Assembly: GCA_963792585.1 (NCBI GenBank)
Contig: CAWBWI010000002.1
Span: forward strand, 346,160-410,159
Source: Candidatus Eiseniibacteriota bacterium
GTDB lineage: Bacteria > Eisenbacteria > RBG-16-71-46 > CAIMUX01 > VGJL01
Length of the DNA stretch: 64,000 bases
Reading direction: 5' to 3'
Of the stretch, positions 10,545 to 20,145 are shown in pieces. Position 1 is the first letter of the stretch. Each line of letters begins with the position of its first letter. The notes beneath the pieces are model-generated. The model was given only the letters and a program-made list of their open reading frames with translations. It searched no databases and was not told the origin of the DNA. Position numbers and translations under genes: made by a program.

Positions 10545-10750
10545 TCCGGTGGGGTTCGCATAGACAAAGGCGGAGTTGCCGTCCGTCAGCTCCGTGCAGG
10601 TGGGGCTCGGCTCATAGGTGGCATTGTCCGAGAGCGTGATGCCGTCGGTGCCCCAATCGCGGACTCCGTCGGGGCCGATTCGGCATGCGTAGACGTCGAG
10701 ATCGTCCCCCGCGCGGGTATCGGTGAAGATGATGACCGCATGTCCCCGCG
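10545..10750 (-). pseudogene. Orphan fragment of a beta-propeller-repeat secreted protein
   Basis: GHAVIIFTDTRAGDDLDVYACRIGPDGVRDWGTDGITLS reads like a repeat unit of secreted proteins; no independent start/stop context. Confidence 0.4.
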
Positions 10751-10779
10751 CGGACAACGCAACGCGTGCAGGGAGCGCG

Positions 10780-11847
10780 TCAGCAGATGCGGGGCAGCTG
10801 TTCTCCGCTGAGCATCTCGATGATGCGGGAAGCTCCGATCCGGCTGCGCAGGACCGCTCGCCCGGAGGGGTTCGACTCGACCGTTCCGATCACCTCCGCC
10901 CCGGACGAGACCGGGACGGATCGGAGTGCGGTTATCGCACGTTCGGCGGCATCCTGGGGAACGAAACAGATGAAACGCCCTTCGTTCGCGACGAACATCG
11001 GGTCGAAGCCCAGGATTTCGCACGCCCCCCGCACCTCTTCCGGAATGGCGATCCGATCCTCGTCGACGCGGATCTGGAAGCGCGCCGTGCCCGCAATCTC
11101 CACCAGGGCGCTGGCGAGCCCGCCTCGCGTCAGGTCGCGCATGCAGTGGACTTCGACCTTCTCCGCGAAGAGGCGCTCGACGCTTCGCGTGAGCGGAGCG
11201 CAGTCGGTCTCGAGCGTGCTCTCGAATGCCAGCCCCTCGCGGGCGGCCATGATCGCGATCCCGTGACGGCCGATGTCCCCACTCAGGATCACCGCGTCAC
11301 CCGGTCGGACCCGATCGGGACCGACCGCACGATCGCGCGGCACAACGCCGATCCCGGCGGTGTTGATGTACATACTATCCGCCTTGCCCCGATCGACGAC
11401 CTTCGTGTCCCCCGTGACGATCGAGATGTCCGCCTCGGCAGCTGCCCCACGCATCGACTCGACCACCCTCCAGAGAGTCTCCATCGAGAGCCCCTCCTCG
11501 AGGATGAAGCCGGCGCTGAGGTAGCGCGGTCGCGCGCCGCACATCGCGAGATCGTTGACGGTCCCGTGAACGGCGAGGGAACCGATATCGCCGCCGGGGA
11601 AGAACAGCGGCTGCACGACGTAGGAGTCGGTCGTGAAGGCCATCCGCACCCCGTCCGCTTCGACCACGGCGCCGTCGTGTCGAGCCTCGAGTGCTGGATT
11701 GCGGAAGCTGGGGAGAAACATCCGCTCGATCAGCTGGTGGGTGAGTCTGCCCCCTCCGCCATGGGCCAGGAGAATCTGGGGATACTGTGCGATGGGGATC
11801 GGGCAGCCGAATCCCGAACCGGTGCCCTCGGGCCGCTCAATGTTCAT
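10780..11847 (-). CDS. hypE: Hydrogenase maturation protein HypE
   Basis: [52 protein letters not shown]-terminal GEQLPRIC. Confidence 0.95.
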   Translation of the reverse strand: MNIERPEGTGSGFGCPIPIAQYPQILLAHGGGGRLTHQLIERMFLPSFRNPALEARHDGAVVEADGVRMAFTTDSYVVQPLFFPGGDIGSLAVHGTVNDLAMCGARPRYLSAGFILEEGLSMETLWRVVESMRGAAAEADISIVTGDTKVVDRGKADSMYINTAGIGVVPRDRAVGPDRVRPGDAVILSGDIGRHGIAIMAAREGLAFESTLETDCAPLTRSVERLFAEKVEVHCMRDLTRGGLASALVEIAGTARFQIRVDEDRIAIPEEVRGACEILGFDPMFVANEGRFICFVPQDAAERAITALRSVPVSSGAEVIGTVESNPSGRAVLRSRIGASRIIEMLSGEQLPRIC

Positions 11848-12957
11848 GGGATCCCACCTCTCCCGATTCCGACTCGAGTCGACGATATCGGTAGTACGCC
11901 GCGCAGGCTCCCTCGGTCGAGACCATCGTCGCGCCAAGCGGCTGCTCGGGGGTGCATCGGGTTCCGAAGGCGGCGCATTCGAGCGGCTTGCGCACACCCC
12001 GAAGGATCTGGCCGCTGATGCACTCGGATGATTCCGCCTCCACGATGCCCGCCACGCCGAATCGAGTCTCCGCATCGAGGTCTGCGTATTCCCCGCGCAG
12101 GCCGAGGCCGCTTTGGGCAATCTCCCCAACGCCACGCCACTTCCGCGGCACGACCCGGAAAACGCGGCGGATCGCTGCCTGGGCGGGAAGGTTGCCGTCA
12201 CGACGTACGGCGCGCGCGTACTGGTTCTCCACCTCGGCGCGGCCTTCTTCGAGTTGCCGCAGACACATCAGGATCCCCTGCAGGATGTCCAGAGGTTCGA
12301 AGCCGGTCACAACGATTGGGATCGAATAGCGGCGCGCGATCGGTTCATATTCCTCGGTCCCCATGACCGTGCAGACGTGCCCGGCCGCCAGGAAACCCTG
12401 CACGCGATTGTCGGGGGAGGAGAGGATCGCCTCCATGGCGGGGGGACGAGCACGTGCGACACGAGGATAGAGAAGTTTGCCAGTCCCAGGCGGCGTGCCT
12501 GCTCGACCGCCATGGCGTTCGCCGGCGCCGTCGTCTCGAAGCCGACGGCAAAGAAGACGACTTCCCGCGCAGGGTTCTCCTGAGCCGTACGGACGGCGTC
12601 GAGCGGGGAGTAGACGATCCGCACGTCCCCACCTCCCGCCTTCACGCTGAGCAGATCGCGCCGGAGTCCGGGCACGCGCAGCATGTCTCCGAAGGAGCAG
12701 AAGATCACGTCGGGCCTAGAGGCGATTTCGAGCGCCTTCTCGATCGTCTCGAGAGGGGTGACGCAGACCGGGCAACCGGGGCCGTGGACGAGGGTCACGC
12801 GCGGCGGGAGCAGCTCGTCGATGCCGTACTTGACGATCGCGTGGGTCTGACCGCCGCAGATCTCCATCAGGGTCCAGTCACGGGTGACGAGCCCGCGGAT
12901 TGCCTCCGCGAACCTCCGGGCGATCTCCGGATCGCGATACTCATCGATGAATTTCAT
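11837..12957 (-). CDS. hypD: Hydrogenase maturation protein HypD (one frameshift in a G run at 12440-12445)
   Basis: [23 protein letters not shown], then [31 protein letters not shown]; adding one base to the homopolymer joins the two ORFs. Confidence 0.93.
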
Positions 12958-13211
12958 GCGTCGGGGTCTGGCTCGAGATCCGCCAAATCCCCCATCTGCT
13001 GGAGGTAGCGGAACACCTCTTCCGCCTCTCTCTCATCGATGGTGCTCAGCGCGACCCCGACGTGAACCAGTACGTAATCCCCGACCTTCGCCTCCGGCAC
13101 GCAGCCGAGGTGGACCGTCTTGGTGATCCCGCCGAAGCTGACCTTTCCGGTCCGAAGTAGGGGATCATCGCCCTGGAGACTTTCGATCCTTCCCGGAACC
13201 GCCAAACACAT
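12954..13211 (-). CDS. hypC: Hydrogenase assembly chaperone HypC
   Basis: MCLAVPG start; [12 protein letters not shown]. Confidence 0.95.
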   Translation of the reverse strand: MCLAVPGRIESLQGDDPLLRTGKVSFGGITKTVHLGCVPEAKVGDYVLVHVGVALSTIDEREAEEVFRYLQQMGDLADLEPDPDA

Positions 13212-13389
13212 CCCAACCGTCTCCTCTCTCCCGCCCATGCCGCGCATCCCCGAGCCGATCATCGCGCATTTCAGGCCCGGATCATAGCCTGGGGGCGAGG
13301 TTCTCGCGGGGGGGGGGGGCCAGAGCCGACACAGAAGAATCCGGTCGGCCCCCGAGGCGATGGGAGCGTGCAACTCGGCGTACTCAAGA

Positions 13390-13425
13390 CAAAAAGAAGC
13401 GGACGGCCAGCGATGGCCGTCCGCT
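13390..13425 (-). terminator. Rho-independent terminator after the PEP-CTERM gene
   Basis: Stem AGCGGACGGCCA/TGGCCGTCCGCT (13398-13425) followed on the minus strand by a T-rich tract. Confidence 0.8.
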
Positions 13426-13451
13426 CAGGAGAGTGATCGCGATCGACGGTA

Positions 13452-14081
13452 TTAGGCGGAGGCCTTCTTCTTGCGCCTCGCGATTCCCGCACCCAGGAGC
13501 CCAACTCCGAGGAGGAGCATCGAGGCCGGCTCGGGAATAGGGGTCGTGAGCAAAATCTGGTTGTCGAGGTCATTGTTGGGATTGAGCAGCAATCCGCTGT
13601 CCGTGCCGGCATCGCCGAGCAACGCGTTGACGTCGTTGACAAGCGCCCCAGTGTACTGGAAGTTGCCGCTGGCCAGATTGTTCACGTTGTCGTAAATCGA
13701 CTCCCACAACGCCAGGTTCAATGCGGTCGCCTTGTTGGCGGTATCCGCGACGGGCGCGTACTTGTTGTAGAGGTAAGCCGCGCGGTCGGCATTGGTGACG
13801 CCCCACGTGTTCCCGTTCGTACCCTGGGTCGCGAAGTCATACTGTCCGGGAACCGTGATGAGGCCCGGGATGTCGACGCAATAGAGGGTATTCCAGGGGG
13901 CCCCATTCTGGTCAGGGGACTTGCTGTTGATGGCCCCTGTGAAACTCGTGTGCTGGACGTTGTAAAGGATGAACCCGGTCTCTTGGCCCAGACCCCAGTC
14001 AATATAAAGGGGCAATGCGGATGCCGGCTGGGCTGAAACCAGCAGTCCAAGTGCTATCACGACTAGTGCAATACGCTTCAT
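13452..14081 (-). CDS. PEP-CTERM sorting-domain secreted protein
   Basis: N-terminal signal peptide (MKRIALVVIALGLLVSAQPASA); C-terminal IPEPASMLLLGVGLLGAGIARRKKK. Confidence 0.9.
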   Translation of the reverse strand: MKRIALVVIALGLLVSAQPASALPLYIDWGLGQETGFILYNVQHTSFTGAINSKSPDQNGAPWNTLYCVDIPGLITVPGQYDFATQGTNGNTWGVTNADRAAYLYNKYAPVADTANKATALNLALWESIYDNVNNLASGNFQYTGALVNDVNALLGDAGTDSGLLLNPNNDLDNQILLTTPIPEPASMLLLGVGLLGAGIARRKKKASA

Positions 14082-14417
14082 GGCGATCTCTCCTCGCGAA
14101 GTAACAACAGACTAACTTTGGCTATGCATGCCATGCTCTCGTGGCATATATCCATTCTACATCAGCCCGGGGCTATGGCCAAGGGAAAATACGAATGGTG
14201 ATCCGAGTCTGGAATGAACGAAACTTATGGTCCATACAGGAAATCGCCCATATCTTCATGCATCGCAATATGTTACGGCATTCAACATAATGTTGGACCA
14301 AAGTCCCATAGAAGGTGGGCTTTTTGACCCAACAAACACCCAGATCGACGTATTTCGTTCGTTTTCATGGATCAACTCGCTGGTCATCGGTATCGATGGA
14401 GTCTGTGCGGATTCGAG

Positions 14418-14443
14418 GGAACCTCCGCCCTCGGCCTTGCGTC
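14418..14443 (+). promoter_or_regulatory. Putative ECF-sigma promoter (autoregulation)
   Basis: GGAACC-N16-CGTC directly upstream of the ECF sigma gene. Confidence 0.65.
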
Positions 14444-14493
14444 TTCGCCTGCGAGGATGGAGCTTCGGGATGCATGGGGGAGATCGTCATTTC

Positions 14494-15078
14494 GTGGAAT
14501 TGACCGACCTGATCGAGCGCTGCCGTAGCGGTGACGACCTAGCCTGGGAGGCCCTCGTTCGACGCTTCCAGGGTCGCGTCTACGGTCTGTCCCTCTTCTA
14601 CCTTGGGAATGCGGAGGAGGCCCGGGACCTGGCCCAGGATGTCTTCATCCGGCTATATCGGCGATTGGACCGATGCACGAATGACGAGACGTTCGTTCCC
14701 TGGATGCTTCAGATCACACGGAACGCTGCCATCGACCGCCTGCGACGGATCAAGGCACGACCGGCGACCGTCTCCGTTCCCGTCGACGAGATGCTCGATC
14801 TCGCCTCTTCCGACCTCCACCCGGACGAGGAGTGGCGGCGCAACCGGAAGCGGGATCTCGTCCACCGAGCCCTGGACCGGCTGAGCAGGATCAACCGGGA
14901 GATTGTCATCTTGAAGGAAATCCAGGGGCAGAGCCTTGAGACCATCGCCTCGTTCCTCAACCTCCCGCTTGGAACGGTCAAATCTCGATCGCATCGCGCG
15001 CGAATCGAACTTGCCCGCGAGGTTCGCGCCCTCACCGAAGAGGAGCCGGCACCCCCGGGAGGAGGCTTCCAACCATGA
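14494..15078 (+). CDS. ECF RNA polymerase sigma factor
   Basis: AWEALVRRFQ, ARDLAQDVF, WMLQITRNAAID, IASFLNLPLGTVKSRSHRAR; GTG start with RBS (ATG 14470 is an alternative). Confidence 0.92.
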   Translation: MELTDLIERCRSGDDLAWEALVRRFQGRVYGLSLFYLGNAEEARDLAQDVFIRLYRRLDRCTNDETFVPWMLQITRNAAIDRLRRIKARPATVSVPVDEMLDLASSDLHPDEEWRRNRKRDLVHRALDRLSRINREIVILKEIQGQSLETIASFLNLPLGTVKSRSHRARIELAREVRALTEEEPAPPGGGFQP

Positions 15079-16094
15079 ACTGCAGCCAGTTCGACGAGAA
15101 GCTGCACCTGCTGGCCGACCCCGCCGCGCCGGAGTTCTTGAGGTGGGCTGGATCCGCGCACGCGGCCGGTTGCGATCGGTGCCGGCGCCTGCTCGAGATC
15201 GCATCCGGGGAAGGCGACAGCCTCGATCCGGCGGTTGAGGAGGATCTGACGACCAAGATTCTGCAGGGTACCACCGGCGCCATCTGCGATCGAATCGACG
15301 CACAGCTGTGTGACTGGGTGGACGGGCTGCTACCGGCCGAGGACGCCGAACTGCTCCGCCAACACCTGGACAGGTGTCCCGGGTGCAGGAATCTCGTCGC
15401 GGACATGAGGGAACTTGGGGGGATGCTGCCCCAGTTTGCCGAGATTGCGCCCGACCCGCGCTTCGTCCGAGACGTCCTTGACCGGACCACCCGCGCCGGG
15501 AGTCTCCGCTCGAGGCCCGCGAGCGCGCTGGAGCGATGGCTTTCCGGGCTCGTGCGGCGCCCCCGTCTACCGCAGGAGGTCGCCTACGTGGCCGCGATGC
15601 TCCTGTTCCTGGCCATCGGCGCGTCCCCCGGCCCCTTCGTGCGATCCGGCACAGGAAACAACCTCCCTCTGATGGACGCGCCCCTGATCGCCGCGGGCGG
15701 GTTCGGTCAAGGAATCGAGAGCGTCTCCCTCTTTGCAAGGGACATCGGCGCCGGGATCGAGGAACTCACCGGCCGACACTGGCTACCCGAGTTCCACACG
15801 TACGCCCCGGCACTTGCTCGGACCGGCGCCCGCATCGATGCGAGCGCAGGATGGCTTGCGCGAGACGGGTCCAGGGCGGCCGCCGCGCTGATCCGGCTTG
15901 ATACGGTGGAGATCTGGAGCGCTTTCGTGGAATGTCGCGATGGGATCCGGCTGTGCTGGAAGAACCCGCAGTCAACCGAACCTTCCGGCGCCCCACTGCG
16001 TAATCCCGGCCAAGCCGACCAACCGCAGAACGAACGGCGGCTCGAGAAGGAGGAGAATCATGGCAACGACGATCGAGACGCTGGCGCAAAGTGA
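15075..16094 (+). CDS. Membrane anti-sigma factor with two zf-HC2-like motifs
   Basis: HAAGCDRC and HLDRCPGC; one hydrophobic segment; ATGA overlap with the sigma gene. Confidence 0.8.
   Translation: MNCSQFDEKLHLLADPAAPEFLRWAGSAHAAGCDRCRRLLEIASGEGDSLDPAVEEDLTTKILQGTTGAICDRIDAQLCDWVDGLLPAEDAELLRQHLDRCPGCRNLVADMRELGGMLPQFAEIAPDPRFVRDVLDRTTRAGSLRSRPASALERWLSGLVRRPRLPQEVAYVAAMLLFLAIGASPGPFVRSGTGNNLPLMDAPLIAAGGFGQGIESVSLFARDIGAGIEELTGRHWLPEFHTYAPALARTGARIDASAGWLARDGSRAAAALIRLDTVEIWSAFVECRDGIRLCWKNPQSTEPSGAPLRNPGQADQPQNERRLEKEENHGNDDRDAGAK
15977..16002 (+). promoter_or_regulatory. Putative internal ECF promoter for the downstream membrane protein
   Basis: CGAACC-N16-CGTA, same spacing as the motif at 14418. 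Confidence 0.55.
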
Positions 16095-16638
16095 GGAGGG
16101 GATTTCCATGAACCCAGTCCAGAATCAGCAGCCTGCCGCATATGGGGAGCGCAGGAAACTCCCGTTGCTCGCGGGGTTCCTGTCGCTGATGCCGGGGCTC
16201 GGCCTTATCTACGTCGGCTACTACCGGCGCGGCTTCACGAACATCCTGGTCGTGGCGGGGGTGATTGCGCTGGTGGCCTCGAACGACCCGGGCATGAGAG
16301 CGCTCAAGCCTTTCCTCGCGTTGTTCCTCGCGTTCTTCTGGCTCTACAACATCCTCGACGCGGTCCGGACCGCGGGCCTCTACAACGATGCGGTGGCGGG
16401 GATGGCGCCAGAGGATCTGCGGCGCGAGCTGGTTCTGACCGGTCGGGGAGGCTCGATCGCCGGCGGCCTCGGCCTCATCGCGCTCGGCGTGCTCTTCTTC
16501 CTGAACACGATGTTCGATGTTCCGCTCACCTGGCTGAAGGACTGGTGGCCCCTCGCGCCGGTCATCTTCGGCGCTTACCTCCTCGTTCGCGGCATCCAGG
16601 ACCGTCGCGAGAAGGCGGGAGCGGGCAACAGCCGATAG
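16060..16638 (+). CDS. Multi-pass membrane protein (LiaF/DUF5668-like C-terminus)
   Basis: LSLMPGLGLIYVG, GLGLIALGVLFFL, DWWPLAPVIFG; strong RBS. Confidence 0.65.
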   Translation: MATTIETLAQSEEGISMNPVQNQQPAAYGERRKLPLLAGFLSLMPGLGLIYVGYYRRGFTNILVVAGVIALVASNDPGMRALKPFLALFLAFFWLYNILDAVRTAGLYNDAVAGMAPEDLRRELVLTGRGGSIAGGLGLIALGVLFFLNTMFDVPLTWLKDWWPLAPVIFGAYLLVRGIQDRREKAGAGNSR

Positions 16639-16893
16639 GGTGAAGGGATCCGCACGGAGGTCGTCCCGGGAAGCCCGTGGACGGCCTCCTGCATTCCTGC
16701 AGGCGGCACGGTCTTCGTGCCCCCGAGTCCGACGCGATCCGTGCCGAGGTTGCCCCGGCCGTCAAGATTGCTACAATCCCTACGGTGCGAGTTGCCCCCG
16801 GTTCCGGCGCGGCCCGTTTGCGACCGATGAACGGAATCGCCCGGATACCGCGTCCAATCTATATAGGATGGTTCCGATCCATAGGAGGATCCG

Positions 16894-17640
16894 ATGTCCC
16901 TCGCTGCGTCAGCTGGAGCCTCACGCCCTTCCGTCCGGCGATTGTTGATCATCGGTCTTGGACTCATCTCCACCTGCATCGCCTACTCCGCGGCGCAGGG
17001 TCAGGCCGCCCCAACGCCGGCCGAGGCGGACGAGTCGAGTAGGATGGCCGTGGAGATCCTGGGCTTCGATACGGTGGAGGCGCGCGAGCGCGATGCGATT
17101 TCTCGGGATCTGGACGCCGTACGCGAGGAGATCTCCGATCTCGAATCGCGCTTGAACTCCGCCCGACCGATCGAGTCCGCGGCCAAATGGCGGATGGAGC
17201 CGAAGAAGAAGATCATCGACGCGATCAAGTCGAACCTGGATCTCGCGAAGAAGGAGAGACGGGAGTCGGACGTGCTGCGGCTCGAATCGCTCAAGAAGCG
17301 AGCTGAAGCCGAGCTGAAGTTCCTCGAGCGAGTCGCCGGGATGCGGACAGCAGACGTCAAGCGCTTGGAGAAGGGCAAGGAATACGCCGATGCCCGCAAG
17401 AAGGCGCTCGATCTCGAGTTGATGCTCAATGAGAGAAGGGCGGCGTTCAAGGCGCTCCCCGAAGGGGATCCGACCGCTCCGACGAGGCAGGCGGAACTCT
17501 ACGAGTTCGAGAAGCAGGCCCTCGCCGCGCTCAGCGACGCCGCGGAGAAGGGGAGTGACGCTGCGGGGAGGGCGAAGGAGTTCGCGGAGAAGCGAAACGA
17601 AGTGTACGAGGCGATCGTGGAGTACCGGAAGCTGCCCTAA
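16894..17640 (+). CDS. Secreted coiled-coil hypothetical protein
   Basis: Signal-like N-terminus followed by E/K/A-rich helical sequence. Confidence 0.6.
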   Translation: MSLAASAGASRPSVRRLLIIGLGLISTCIAYSAAQGQAAPTPAEADESSRMAVEILGFDTVEARERDAISRDLDAVREEISDLESRLNSARPIESAAKWRMEPKKKIIDAIKSNLDLAKKERRESDVLRLESLKKRAEAELKFLERVAGMRTADVKRLEKGKEYADARKKALDLELMLNERRAAFKALPEGDPTAPTRQAELYEFEKQALAALSDAAEKGSDAAGRAKEFAEKRNEVYEAIVEYRKLP

Positions 17641-17727
17641 CGAGGGCTCCGTCGGCGGGGGAGACAGGGACCTCCAACACGCACGCGGTACGCGCTCACC
17701 ATGCCGCGCGCAGGGGGATCCAGATTC

Positions 17728-19881
17728 ATGATGCTCAAGTCGCTCGGTCACTACGAGATTCTCGAGAAGATCGGGTCCGGCGGGATGGGAGAGGTCTATC
17801 GGGCGCGCGATACCCGGCTCGAACGGATCGTCGCCCTGAAGGTGCTGAGCCCGGAAACGGCGATACAGCCTGGGATGCGAAAGCGGTTCGAGCGCGAGGG
17901 CCAGGCGGTTGCCTCGCTGCAGCATCCCAATATCTTGACGATCTACTCGGTCGAAGAGACCGACGGCGAGCTCTTCCTCACGATGGAACTGATCGAGGGT
18001 CAGAACCTCTCCGACGCGATTCCGGTCGGAGGGTATCCGCTGGGCCGGTTTCTCGACCTGGCGATCCAACTCGTCGATGCCGTGAGTTGCGCCCACCGGA
18101 CGGGAATCACCCACCGCGATCTGAAGCCGAGCAACGTCATGGTCAATGCCGACGGGCACCTCAAGGTCCTGGACTTCGGGCTGGCCAAGCTCGTCGAGCC
18201 CGAAGGCGGGCCGTTCACGGACCTCGGAACAATCACCTTGGGCGTGACCGAGGAAGGGGCGATCCTGGGAACGATCGCCTACATGTCCCCTGAGCAACTG
18301 CGCGGGCTATCGGCAGACTACCGGTCGGATATCTTCTCGCTCGGGATCGTCCTCTACGAGATGCTGACCGGAACGAACCCGTTTGGGAAGGACACGTCCG
18401 CGGACCTCATCTCCTCGATCCTCCGCGACCGTCCAAAGCTTGCCTCGGCCATGCGGCCGGACATTCCTCGGCGGTTGGCGCAGGTGATCGACCGCTGCCT
18501 GGAAAAGGATCCGAACGTGCGCCTGCAGTCGGCTCTTGCCCTCCGCAACGACCTCGAGGAGCTCAAGAGACACATGGAGTCGGGGGAGGCGGAGCGCATC
18601 CGCTCGATCGCCGTGCTTCCGCCGGTGGACCTGAGTCTGGAGGGGGACCAGGAGTACTTCTGCGATGGCCTCGCCGACGAGCTGATCCAGGATCTGGTAC
18701 GGATCCGCACGCTCCGCGTCGCCCCTTCGACCTCCACGATGCTGATGCGGAGAGCCGTCGCCAATGCCCTGGAAATCGGCCGGCGCCTCGACGTCGAGGT
18801 CGTTCTGCAGGGAGGGGTCCGCAGGATTGGAGACAGTCTTCGCATCCAGGTGGAACTCCTCGAAGTGGCGACCGGCCGCCTCCTTTGGTCGGAGCAATAC
18901 GATCGCGCGCTCAAGGATGTCTTCGTGATCCGGGCCGAGATCGCGAGAAGCATCGTGGAGGCGCTTCAGGTCACGATGACGATGGGGGAGAAGCGATCCC
19001 TCGAGACGAAACCGACCGCCGATATCGAGGCATACGACTATTACCTGCGGGGACGTCGGTGCTTCTATCAATATCGCCGAAAGGGGATCGAACTCGCCCT
19101 TCAGATGTTCCGTCTCGCGACCAAGCATGACCCGGGTTACGCGCGGGCCTATGCCGGGATCTCCGACTGCTTCTGCTTCCTCTACCTGTACGCCGATCGG
19201 AGCCGAACGAGCCTCGATGAAGCGGATCGCGCGAGCCATACGGCGCTCGAACTCAACCCCGACCTTGCGGAGGCCCACGTGTCCCGCGGGCAGGTCCTTT
19301 CGCTCAGCGGACTACACAGCGAGTCGGAGGCCGAGTTCGAGACGGCGATCCGGCTCGGGCCGAAGCTGTTCGAGGCGCATTACCTGTACGCCCGGGACTG
19401 CTTTGCCCAGGGGAAACTCGAGAAGGCCGCCAACCTCTTCGAACTTGCCTCGAGCGCGCGGCCCGATGACTACCAGGCATCGCTTCTCGTCGCGCAGGTC
19501 TATGAACGGCTGGAACGAACTGCCGACGCGCGTTCTGCGCAAGCTCGCGGCGTTCGCATCGCCGAGGAGCGGCTGAAGCTCGACCCGGACGATGTGCGCG
19601 CTCTCTACATGGGGGCGAATGGGCTGATCTCGCTCGGAGAGCGGGAGCGAGCGTTGGAGTGGGCGACGCTCGCGCTGGAGATGGAGCCGGACGAGCCGAT
19701 GGTGCTCTACAATGTGGCCTGCATCTTTTCCCTGGCGGGCAACCTCGACGAAGCCATCGACTACCTGGAGAGGGCCGTTCGCTTGGGTCTGCGGCAAGTG
19801 GGATGGTTTCAGAACGATTCCAACCTCGATCCGCTGCGCACGCTTCCCCGCTTCGCGCAACTGATGAAGGAAATGCTCTAG
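17728..19881 (+). CDS. Hanks-type Ser/Thr protein kinase with TolB-N-like and TPR domains
   Basis: IGSGGMGEVY, VALK, HRDLKPSN, DFGLAK, GTIAYMSPEQ; SIAVLP...QEYFCDG; TPR repeats. Confidence 0.93.
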   Translation: MMLKSLGHYEILEKIGSGGMGEVYRARDTRLERIVALKVLSPETAIQPGMRKRFEREGQAVASLQHPNILTIYSVEETDGELFLTMELIEGQNLSDAIPVGGYPLGRFLDLAIQLVDAVSCAHRTGITHRDLKPSNVMVNADGHLKVLDFGLAKLVEPEGGPFTDLGTITLGVTEEGAILGTIAYMSPEQLRGLSADYRSDIFSLGIVLYEMLTGTNPFGKDTSADLISSILRDRPKLASAMRPDIPRRLAQVIDRCLEKDPNVRLQSALALRNDLEELKRHMESGEAERIRSIAVLPPVDLSLEGDQEYFCDGLADELIQDLVRIRTLRVAPSTSTMLMRRAVANALEIGRRLDVEVVLQGGVRRIGDSLRIQVELLEVATGRLLWSEQYDRALKDVFVIRAEIARSIVEALQVTMTMGEKRSLETKPTADIEAYDYYLRGRRCFYQYRRKGIELALQMFRLATKHDPGYARAYAGISDCFCFLYLYADRSRTSLDEADRASHTALELNPDLAEAHVSRGQVLSLSGLHSESEAEFETAIRLGPKLFEAHYLYARDCFAQGKLEKAANLFELASSARPDDYQASLLVAQVYERLERTADARSAQARGVRIAEERLKLDPDDVRALYMGANGLISLGERERALEWATLALEMEPDEPMVLYNVACIFSLAGNLDEAIDYLERAVRLGLRQVGWFQNDSNLDPLRTLPRFAQLMKEML

Positions 19882-19906
19882 ATCCAGTATGCGGAGGACA
19901 AGAACG

Positions 19907-19935
19907 AAGGGCCCCGGCGAATCGCCGGGGCCCTT
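19907..19935 (-). terminator. Hairpin terminator, probably the native tRNA-fMet terminator displaced by integration (may also serve the kinase gene)
   Basis: AAGGGCCCCGGCGA-A-TCGCCGGGGCCCTT; on the minus strand it lies 5 nt after the duplicated tRNA ...ACCA end and is followed by CGTTCTT. Confidence 0.8.
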
Positions 19936-19940
19936 GAAGT

Positions 19941-19953
19941 TGGTAGCGGGGGT
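19941..19953 (+). repeat. Attachment-site core, distal copy (TGGTAGCGGGGGT)
   Basis: Identical to 57320-57332, the reverse complement of the last 13 nt of the tRNA. Confidence 0.88.
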
Positions 19954-20145
19954 CCGGTACGAGGCCCAACAGAGGAATCGGGGGAGGGAGATCGAGGTCG
20001 TAGATCTGGCGTTCGAGGCGCGGGGGACGGCGCTGCTGCCGGTGGGAGCAGCCGGGGCATAATGCCCAGCCGTGGCACATCGGTTCCTTTGGGCGCCAGG
20101 CCCTCGGGTGGCCGGCGACCGCACGTCTCGTAACGTGGGAGAGCC

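Noticed and set aside
12440..12445. hypD as a phase-variable or dead gene
   Set aside because: One missing base in a short G run within an otherwise intact hypCDE operon is more simply a homopolymer sequencing error
14082..14230. Sigma-54 promoter for the PEP-CTERM gene
   Set aside because: TGGCA is present but without a correctly spaced TTGC element
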